A DNA stretch of 43,778 bases from Octopus bimaculoides (lineage: Eukaryota), in contig NC_068981.1 of the NCBI RefSeq assembly GCF_001194135.2, forward strand, positions 187,683,286 to 187,727,063. Direction: 5' to 3'. Shown here piece after piece: positions 34,363 through 43,778 of this stretch. Made by a program: the position numbers and the translations under genes. The notes under the pieces were generated by a model that saw nothing but the letters and a program-made list of their open reading frames with translations, had not been told where the DNA came from and searched no databases. Each line of letters begins with the position of its first letter. Positions within the stretch are counted from its first letter, which is position 1.

Positions 34363-36168
34363 GTGTGTGTCTGTGTATGTGTGTGTGTGTGAGTTGATGG
34401 ATATTGGTCTGCATATATATATATATANNNNNNNNNNNNNNNNNNNNNNNNNNNNNNNNNNNNNNNNNNNNNNNNNNNNNNNNNNNNNNNNNNNNNNNNN
34501 NNNNNNNNNNNNNNNNNNNNNNNNNNNNNNNNNNNNNNNNNNNNNNNNNNNNNNNNNNNNNNNNNNNNNNNNNNNNNNNNNNNNNNNNNNNNNNNNNNNN
34601 NNNNNNNNNNNNNNNNNNNNNNNNNNNNNNNNNNNNNNNNNNNNNNNNNNNNNNNNNNNNNNNNNNNNNNNNNNNNNNNNNNNNNNNNNNNNNNNNNNNN
34701 NNNNNNNNNNNNNNNNNNNNNNNNNNNNNNNNNNNNNNNNNNNNNNNNNNNNNNNNNNNNNNNNNNNNNNNNNNNNNNNNNNNNNNNNNNNNNNNNNNNN
34801 NNNNNNNNNNNNNNNNNNNNNNNNNNNNNNNNNNNNNNNNNNNNNNNNNNNNNNNNNNNNNNNNNNNNNNNNNNNNNNNNNNNNNNNNNNNNNNNNNNNN
34901 NNNNNNNNNNNNNNNNNNNNNNNNNNNNNNNNNNNNNNNNNNNNNNNNNNNNNNNNNNNNNNNNNNNNNNNNNNNNNNNNNNNNNNNNNNNNNNNNNNNN
35001 NNNNNNNNNNNNNNNNNNNNNNNNNNNNNNNNTATATATATATACATATATGAATTCGTATATACATGCATGTCTGCATCCATCCACCAAAATATACATA
35101 CATGCATAAGAGACTTCCTTTCGATGCTGTCTAACTTCGTCTTGTTTTTATCATTGAAACCAGCATTGTCTTCACCGGTTGGAAATTCGAAAAATAAAAC
35201 CAGGAAAACACACACACACGAAGCCATATAACAGGAAGATGGGTTAAGAGATGCGTGATCCGTTCTTTCTCGGAAAATAATGGAGTGTAATACAATTATA
35301 AAAAATTGCTTGTAAACCTATTAGCGGCGAAGAATGTGTAAGAATTCATGTTTACTACTTTTTAAGATTAGCGTGGAGTATGTGGTATACATTAATGTAT
35401 TCTGTTTATTGATTTCTACGAACGAATGTTAGATTAAGAAATGCTCCAGAACCTGAATAAAGAGAGAGAAAGATATACTTTTGATTTAGGTAGTTGTATG
35501 ACAACCGTAGAGAACTGGAAAGAAAGGGAGAGGCCACACAACTGATAAATAGTTTCGTATAGTTGTGAATTAATCATGAAGGATAAATAACTGTATTTAT
35601 TGATTTTCGCGATTTAGTGCAATATAAATGTATCATCGATTTCACAGTTACATGGCATTCATTTAAAGGAAAATGTAGGTGTATAGGATGTAATGTCTCT
35701 CGAGAGCATGAGATGAAATGCAAAAGATTTGCTCGAAAGGGAGTGTAAATTCCATGGATTTTGTTGGCAGTACAGGTTGGATTTGATATATTTCTAGATT
35801 ACAGAGATATAACCGCTTAAAAGGTATAAAGAGATGCAAATGTTTAGATGTTGCTTAGCATTTACGGTAAACGGAAGTAAAGTAATTTGGTACTTATTTA
35901 TCTTATTTTGTAGAATGGTATTTAGTTCAAATAATTGAATGAATATTGATTTGAGTTCAGTAATATTTGCTGTAAGCAAACTAACTCTCAAGAGTACTTT
36001 TATTGCTAGGGCATAGCGTATATTTTAATCTGTTGAAAGCTTCGCGTTCATTTCATAATTATATAAGTGAAGACTTTAACCTTTTAATCTACAGTTTGAA
36101 AGAACCAGTGAGACGAAAATTATAAGTTACTGTCTCATTTTCCTAAAATACAAATAAAGATATGGACA

Positions 36169-36581
36169 TATAGGCGCAATAGTGGCTGTGTGGTAAGTAG
36201 CTTGCTTATCAACCACATGGTTCCGGGCTCAGTCCCACTGCGTGGCACCTTGGGTAAGTGTCTTCTACTATAGCCTCGAGCCGACTAAAACCTTGTGAGT
36301 GGATTTGGTAGACGGAAACTGAAAGAAGCCCGTCGTATATATGTATATGTATATGTATATATATATATATGTGTGTTAGTATGTCTGTGTTTGTTCTCCC
36401 ATCATCGCTTGACAACCGATGTTGGTGCGTTTACGTCTCCCTAACGTAGCGGTTCGACAAAAGAGCCGATAGATTAAATAATAGGATTACAAAAAATAAG
36501 TCCTGGGGTCGATTTGTTCACAAAAGGCGGTGTTCTAGCATGACCGCAGTCAAATGACTGAAACAAATAAAAGAAATAATA
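36169..36581 (+). mobile_element. Full bipartite SINE family B
   Basis: ATAGGCGCAATAGTGGCTGTGTGG head through the GCAGTCAAATGACTGAAACAAATAAAAGA tail. Confidence 0.95.
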
Positions 36582-36691
36582 NNNNNNNNNNNNNNNNNNN
36601 NNNNNNNNNNNNNNNNNNNNNNNNNNNNNNNNNNNNNNNNNNNNNNNNNNNNNNNNNNNNNNNNNNNNNNNNNNAGAAATATATATATATA

Positions 36692-36918
36692 TTTCTTTAT
36701 TGCCCACAGGGAGCTAAACACAGAGGGGACAAACAAGGACAGACAAAGGGATTAAGTCGATTACAACGCCCCCGGAGCGTAACTGGTACTCATTTAATCG
36801 ACTCCGGAAGGATGAAAGGCAAAGTCGACCTCGGCGGAATTTGAATTCAGAACGTAACGGCAGGCGAAATACCGCTAAGCATTTCGCCCGGCGTGCTAAC
36901 GATTCTGCCAGCTCACCC
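36692..36918 (-). mobile_element. SINE family A with alternative 3' tail
   Basis: Same head and body as 2930, but the tail is TAATCCCTTTGTCTGTCCTTGTTTGTCCCCTCTGTGTTTAGCTCCCTGTGGGCAATAAAG. Confidence 0.92.
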
Positions 36919-37589
36919 CCAGTTATGTATGTATGTATGTATGTATGTATGTATGTATGTATGTATATACCAGAGTAAGCACATAGATGTGAAACAAGGT
37001 GGAAAAAATAGTACAGTTTTCGTGATGTCTTAGCAGCTTTATTAATAAAGTATATATATGTATATATATGTGTGTGGGTGTGTGTGTGTGGTAGATGCGT
37101 TGTATCTCCGTGTGGGTGCATGTGTGTGCTTGCGTTTCATGTAAAATCATGCACACAGACTCATTAACTGAAAGCGCCTTTGGATTCATTTATGTACAGT
37201 ATTATCTTTATTTTTACGAGGAAATATTGATAAGGATTTTAATGCTTCACTGTTAGAATGCACGCTGTGGCTAACAACCGCCTCTGTTCTTCTTCCTTTA
37301 AATCGCTATTTTATTTCGCGTTGTAACTCTGCTTTCCTCCATTTTTTTGTCTCATTCTTTTCCATTTTATCTCAAATTCTCTTCCTCTTTTTCCTCCAAC
37401 TTTTCTTTTTCCCAGTACTTCTTTCTTACGTAGGATCATATATGAACAATCTGCAGTTCTCCATCATTCTCGGATATAAGTTAATTTCTAATGTGATAAG
37501 GATAAAGAAACAATTTTCATTTTCACACCGAAGAAGAACCTTGCCCGAAACGACGGATAACCAGCACACTAGCTTGAGAAAGTAACAAA

Positions 37590-38900
37590 TAAAGATTTTG
37601 CCAATGCAGACGACTACGTACATCCGCTAACCTTGGAAACTGGCAAAGCATGTGTGATCACAAACTTGTAATGATCACAATAGAAATTAAGCTGAGATGG
37701 ATCAAAAAGATCCAAAACGTAAGAATAAATATATAATCTAGAAAACTCTAAAGACCTGAACATAACAGGACATTCTAAAGCACAGATAAGAGTAATATTT
37801 GTCATTTTATTCTTATTATTCGATGCAAGTGTTCGAGATTTAGTGTGAATTATTGGAGAAATAGCAACAGCAAAAATCATTACAGATCCTCGATAAAATG
37901 TAAAAAGCAAAATTCCACGGATAAATACAAAAAAAAAAGTCAGTTTTGAAGAAGGAAGCCCTCTGGAATAGGATCAATATGGAAACTAAAGCAACAGGAA
38001 TGAAATATAAATTGGATAGCAAGGAAGTGAAAAAGGATGAAACCTGAGCAGCAAATGACACGAGGGTTAATGAAAAATGTAAAGAACTAGAAAGAAGTCA
38101 TGGAGCAAATAACTCAAGAAAAATCGTACGAAATGGTTAAAGTTCTAACCAAATAATGGGTGCCTAAATGTCAGGTATTTGAAGATAAATATGGCAACTT
38201 ACGAGCCAAAGCGAGGGACGTAACTGATAGATTGAAGGAATAATGTGAGGAATTTTACATCCACAAAGCAGAAGCAGATAGCAATGTGCTAAAACAATTA
38301 AGGATTAAAATTCCTATTGCAAGAGAAAGAAATCACTTCAGAAGTAACTCAGGCAATTAAGAAAGTATAATGTAATAAATCATCTGGAACAGGAAACATA
38401 AACGCAAAACTGATAAAACTCCATGATGAATATTTTACTAAGATTCTTTGTAAAATTTGTAATAATATTTTCATAATGGAGAATGGCTCAGCAAATGGAC
38501 AAAATCGATTGTTACACCATCACTGTGTAAAAAAGAGAAACACCAAAATATCCAAATAATCGTACATTTATTTTAATTCACCTTTCAAGTAAGGCTTTCT
38601 ATAATACATAATAGATAATACTATGATAATACTAAATACATAATATGATACATACTAAAACATGAGCTGCTTTCCAAGAAGGATGGAATATTAAATGGTT
38701 CAAATTGTATTAGAGAAGTACTTCTGATATCGACACTATTGCGCCTGTATTCTTCAAGAAAAGATCTCGTAATGTCAGCGAATACCTTCACACAAATTCA
38801 TTGACTCTGAAAAGCTTTTCTCTCTCTGAGTCATGAAGCATTATGACATTTAAGGGCAAAACACACAATCATTATATCAACAGTGAATATCATAAGGTTA
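37590..38900 (+). pseudogene. RTE-clade LINE relic (end of endonuclease, linker, start of reverse transcriptase)
   Basis: CDHKLVMITIEIKL; EKCKELERSHGANNS..YEMVKVLTK; NKSSGTGNINAKLIK; KICNNIF-NGEWLSKWTKSIV; NRTFILIHLSSK; FIDSEKAF-like motif. Heavily frameshifted. Confidence 0.85.
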
Positions 38901-39150
38901 TCATATAAAGTTGCAAACATCCTGGTTCTCGTTTAAAATTCACGAAGTGGTTTAAACCATCGGTTGGAGTCTGATGAGCGCTTTCTTTCACAAAATGTTT
39001 TTAGTATGTTTTTAAAGTACATAACGGCTGAAACATTTGAATATTTTGAGTGAAATAGTTAATTAGAAAGTACAAATCCTAGTTATCTCCATTTTATATG
39101 TGGTGTTGTTTAGATGCAATTTCTACAAATCTACAGATCGAATAAAGAAG

Positions 39151-39315
39151 TAGGCGCAGTCGTAGCTGTGCAGTAAGAAGCTGGCTTTCCGACCACACGG
39201 TCTTCAATTCACTTCCACTGCGTGGCGCCTTAAGCAAGTGTCTTCTACTTTAGCCTCGGGCTGACAATAAATCCTATGAGTGGATTTGGTTGACGGAAAC
39301 TGAAAGAATTCCGTC

Positions 39316-39386
<71 letters not shown>

Positions 39387-39745
39387 TGAATAATTCCAAG
39401 TGGCTTTCTGTTTTCCTATGTGTTCGTTCCGTTGTCTGTAGTTCATTGTTCTAACGTCCTGTACCCTGATATGCATCTATATACACATGTAGATGAAAGT
39501 ATATACATATATGTGTGTATACATGCATATATATTTTTTGTATTATTATATATATATATATATACATACATGCATACATGTGTGTGTGTGTGTGTCTTTG
39601 TGTCTGTGTATGTCCCCCATACCGTTTAACAAACGGTGTTGATGTGTTTACGTTCCCGTAAATTAGTGGTTGGGAAAAAGGGACCGAGAGGATAAGTAAC
39701 AGGCTTAAAAAAAAATAAGTGCCGGGGTCGATTCTATCGGGGAAA
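39151..39745 (+). mobile_element. SINE family B with expanded, complex spacer; module 2 3'-truncated
   Basis: Module 1 at 39151-39318, then (TA)n plus about 100 bp of unique sequence plus (TA)(TG)n, then module 2 to GGGGTCGATT. Confidence 0.88.
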
Positions 39746-40831
39746 ATTTCTGTAAGTAGGTATATATATACTGTAGGTAAATATATACTGTAAGTAGGTA
39801 TTCTGTAAGAGGAAAAACAATGAAAGAAAAAAGAAAAAGGAAAATGTCAGATTATATTAGTTGTAACAGGTTTACCAAAATAGGTTTTGTTTGGAAAATG
39901 GAAACACAAAGATTAAAAAAAAGCAACAATAGGAATTTCAACTGAAGTCTTCTACAGATATTATACTTTGGAAAAAATGGCTATACATTTCATCAATAGC
40001 AATATTTTGAACATAAATTCGCAATGTATCTCTTTTTGCAAGCACAGACATAAATATTTCCTTGCAAGATATAAAATATCGCAAAACTGACCAAACGTTA
40101 AATCTTAGAAATATTTCTCTTATATCAAAAAGAAAGAGAGAGAGAGGCGTGAGGGGGGGGGGGGGGTAGAGATAAGAAAAAAACAATGTGAATGAGAAAA
40201 AAAAACTGCTGAAAGAAGAGAAAACACAAAACTGAAATCCATGGGATGATTTAACATAATTTCTGATTCATAAAAAAAAAGTTGATATATTCTTTATATG
40301 AAATGTGAGATAACTTTTTATAACATTTGATTTCCAAAAAGCCGTAATCGTTTCCGTGCCTTCAGAGTCTAAGATCATGGACATACTAAGCTGCAATTTG
40401 TGAGAGAGATAAGTTAAAACAGGTTTCCTAGCGGGATCAAATAAACTCTATCATTTCCCAACCAACCATGTTACGAATTACACGACAATGTTACAAATTC
40501 CTACTCCTTCGTAATTGGCAATTAAAATATATACTATTAATTTATGTTGAAAATCTTATATCCATGAGGTTATTTCTCATTGTTAATATCGCATCGATTT
40601 CCAAAACCTTGCGATATTAGACGTTACCGTGCGTATTATGAAATGTTTATATATGTATTTTAACTTGTCTTGCCAGGCTAATTAATTGACCAATTATCTT
40701 GAAGAATAAGAAATTGAATCGTGGTATAAAAAACAGAAACATAGCAGGACAAATAGATTTGAACACCTCATTTGTTTGAAAGAGAATGGGATAAGCAGGC
40801 AGTTTGTAGTGGCAATATTTAACAAGGAAAA

Positions 40832-41033
40832 GGCGGCGAGCTGGCAGAAGCGTTAGCACACTGGGCGAAATGCTTAGCAGTATTTCGTCTTGTCTTCACG
40901 TTCTGAGTTCAAATTCCGTCGAGGTAGACTTTGCCTTTCATCCTTTCGGGGTCGATAAATTAAGTACCAGTTACGCACTGGGGTCGATGTAATCGACTTA
41001 ATCCCTTTGTCTGTCCTTGTTTGTCCCCTCTAT

Positions 41034-41037
<4 letters not shown>
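40832..41037 (+). mobile_element. SINE family A with alternative 3' tail
   Basis: Near-consensus head and body; tail TAATCCCTTTGTCTGTCCTTGTTTGTCCCCTCTATGTTT as in 36692-36918. Confidence 0.93.
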
Positions 41038-41068
<31 letters not shown>

Positions 41069-41561
41069 CATAAATATATAGGGCTTAGCATGAGATGCTT
41101 CACCAACATACTGAAAATTTAGAAATAGCAGTTTAAGAACTACTGATTCCAAACTACAAATTTTTCTCTAACGGATGGCGATATTTATGGCAAAATTGTT
41201 AATTATTAATTTTATATATATATATATATACACTTCTCAGTTTGTAGATGGAACACAACAGGTTGAAGAGCAATCACAATTCATTAAAGAAATGTCTTTT
41301 CAGCGAATGAAGTTTCGTGATCGGGCAAAGCATCTGATATACTCTTGGGTAGATGAAGCTTATTTCCCTTTCTTATTTGTTTGGTTCTCAAGAGAGGCAA
41401 CCACAATGGCAGTTGGTAATTTACAAGATATCACAAGAAAGAATGATAGCTGGGACGAAGTATGGAATTGAGAAAGTCTTGCTAACTCGGTTAAAAATGT
41501 GAGGTTCGTCTCCTTGGACTAGCAATAATCATTCTCTCTTTATGTTTCAGTTAGAATACTC

Positions 41562-41629
<68 letters not shown>

Positions 41630-41652
41630 GCCCCCCTCCCCACCACACTTGC

Positions 41653-41808
41653 TGGGAGGGCTGTGTGGTTAGAAGTTTGGTTTCCAAAACACTAGACTTC
41701 AGGTTCAGTCCCACTGCGTGGCAACTTTGGCAAGCGTATCCTGCTATGACCTCAGGCTGACGAAAACGATGTGAGGGGACTTTTTAAACGGAAGCTAAAA
41801 GATCGTCA

Positions 41809-41847
<39 letters not shown>

Positions 41848-42105
41848 ATACACACATAAATATGTTGATATATGTATATGCGCGCGCGCGCGTATGTGAA
41901 TGTCTATGTCTATGTATGTGTGTTTGTGTTTATTCCCCACCATTGTATGTCAACCGGTATTAGTTTGTATACGTTTCCATAATTTACTGCGTCTGCAAAC
42001 CAGAGCAATAAAATAAGGCTTTATTCAATCGATTAAGACCTTATAAAGCGATGCCCTAGTGTAGACGCAGTCCAATGATCGAATCAAGTAAAGATTAGAT
42101 TAAAA
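41653..42105 (+). mobile_element. Old bipartite SINE family B
   Basis: GGTTCAGTCCCACTGCGTGGCAAC head, (TCTA)n(CG)n(TG)n spacer and degenerate module 2. Confidence 0.75.
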
Positions 42106-42109
42106 TCAA

Positions 42110-43050
42110 AGGTTCTTTGATATTTTTTGATATTCTTTAATAAGAATATTTTCGACAGTCACTTCGAAGTTCAAGGCTGAAGAGCCATAACGTGACTATA
42201 GTATATTTATCTTAGTTCATCTTGGTTTTATGTAGGTTCTGTGAACTTTAAATTGTCTTGGGAAGGTGGTGCTCTGCTGAATGATATTTAAGTTGCAGGG
42301 TATGTTTTGATGGCGGGATATATTGGAAGATTTTATAGGTTAAATACGTAGTTGTGATTCAATCATTGATGTTCAATCATGAATGTAGAACTTTGTAATC
42401 AGGTGTCTGCACAGGTGTGCAAGATACAGATGTTGGAGTGGTCATTTAGGGTTCACAAAAGATTATAGATGAGTAAAAACGTTAGCTGCTCAGCAGGTGT
42501 GTCGCTAGGTTGTTGATTTTATGTGGACATTAATAGGAAATGTAAGTTGTTTGCTTTGGAAATGTGAAAGTTATAGTTCAGAGTTTAGTCCAGCATATAA
42601 AAGTTTGCAATTAGGTGTGTTTATTTACGTGTATCAGGTATTAGGTCAATGAGTCTTTAAGTGTTCCCATAAGAATACATGTAGCCGGAAAGGTTAGTTG
42701 GTCAGCAAATTTTTTTACTTCTTGTTTGTGTTATTTAGATTTGACCTTTTTGTTTTGAGAAAGTGGAAGCTATTGTTTGGTGTTCAGTGAAGTACATAGA
42801 GCTCTGTAATTACGCATGTTTATTTAGTTGTATCAACTGTAGGTCATGGTTTTGTTAGAAGAGGAATTTGCTAATCCTGTGCATTATGATTCACAAAAGG
42901 ATGTGTGGAGATAAAAAGGTTATTTGTATAGTAGATTTCTTAGAGTGAATTATTCTTGATGCTATTTGATTACTACTTAGAAAATGTAAACGTTGTGCTA
43001 TGGGAATAGGAAGTTTCTGGACAACGTTTTTATTAATATTTCTACCATTA
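42110..43050 (-). pseudogene. Probable L1/Tx1-like LINE AP-endonuclease relic
   Basis: Strong strand asymmetry (A/C-rich on minus). Degenerate motifs ATCILMGT (cf. I(L/V)MGDFN, 42661-42684) and LNDHSNI (cf. SDH, about 42432-42452) occur in the right order. Confidence 0.45.
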
Positions 43051-43148
43051 AGATCCAAGCGTAGGTGTTAGCAATAATTTTTTATACCACTATGGACCTA
43101 TGAATATACGCAAACAAGAGACATAAATAATGTATGAATATAATCACA

Positions 43149-43719
43149 TTCTTTTTTATTCTTTTATTTGTTTCTGTCATTTGACTGCGGCCATGCAGGA
43201 GCACTGCCTTTAGTCGAATAAATCGACCCCAGGACTTATACTTTGTAAGCCTTGTACTTATTCTATCGTTCTCTTTTCTCGAACCGCATCTAAATACACC
43301 AGCATCGGTTGTCAATCGATGGTGTGGGGGACAACCAAAAAAAAACACACAAATACACACACACTCACACACACACATACGACGGGTTTCTTTCAGTTTC
43401 CGTCTACCAAATCGACTCACAAGGTTTCGGTCGGCCCGAGGCTCGAATAGAAGACACTTGCTCAAGGTGCCACGCAGTAGGACTGAACCTGGAACCATGT
43501 GGGGGGGGGGGCAAACACAGACACACAAACACACATATATATACACATATACATATATATGACCGGCTTCTTTCAGTTTCCGTCTACCAAATCCACTCAC
43601 AAGGCTTTGGTCGGCCCGAAGCCATAGTAGAAGACACTTGTCCATGGTACCAAGCAGTGGGACTGAACCCGGAACCATGTGGTTGGTAGGCAAGCTACTT
43701 ACCACATAGCCACACCTAT
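43149..43719 (-). mobile_element. SINE family B with duplicated module 1 (head-spacer-head-spacer-module 2)
   Basis: Outer head 43557-43719 and inner 5'-truncated head 43377-43500, joined at 43500/43501 via ...CCATGT|GGGG. Confidence 0.9.
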
Positions 43720-43745
43720 ATTCAAAGTAAATACACACATAACAA

Positions 43746-43778
<33 letters not shown>

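Noticed and set aside
37527-37560. CCGAAGA...GAAACGACG hammerhead-like string
   Set aside because: Stem II does not pair and there is no stem I or cleavage triplet.
40584-40620. 10-bp inverted repeat TAATATCGCA/TGCGATATTA
   Set aside because: It is short and AT-rich, compatible with chance.
41175-41471. 98-aa ORF with non-repetitive C-terminal part
   Set aside because: It starts in simple repeat, has no recognisable domain and no convincing donor site.
43082-43738. 218-aa ORF with an internal repeat
   Set aside because: It is a read-through of the SINE dimer; similar peptides recur at every family B copy.

Overview
This is AT-rich eukaryotic, repeat-dominated DNA with seven N-gaps, most of them at microsatellites. 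The repeat inventory (bipartite tRNA/CORE-type SINEs joined by (TA)n/(TG)n tracts, mariner, RTE and CR1-like relics) looks like a coleoid cephalopod, most likely Octopus; this is an inference from recalled repeat families and was not database-checked. I found no intact protein-coding gene, rRNA, bona fide tRNA or CRISPR array, and nearly all ORF-track entries are microsatellite or gap artefacts. Recognisable content: (i) about 20 copies of three or four SINE families; (ii) a near-full-length Hsmar1-like D,D34D mariner with TIRs and TA TSD (30259-31475); (iii) relics of a second mariner, a maT/rosa-like MITE, hAT, Chapaev3-like, RTE, CR1/L2-like, RLE-type and L1/Tx1-like elements. The most interesting signals are non-coding. 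Three minimal type-I hammerhead-ribozyme motifs lie in the first 6 kb: two head a discrete ~210-bp unit repeated 353 bp apart, and one is a palindromic-stem-III, Penelope-type motif on the minus strand. There is also a head-to-head inverted pair of tiny tRNA-like elements, several SINE rearrangements, and a speculative chain of minus-strand splice signals at 12.4-16.7 kb.
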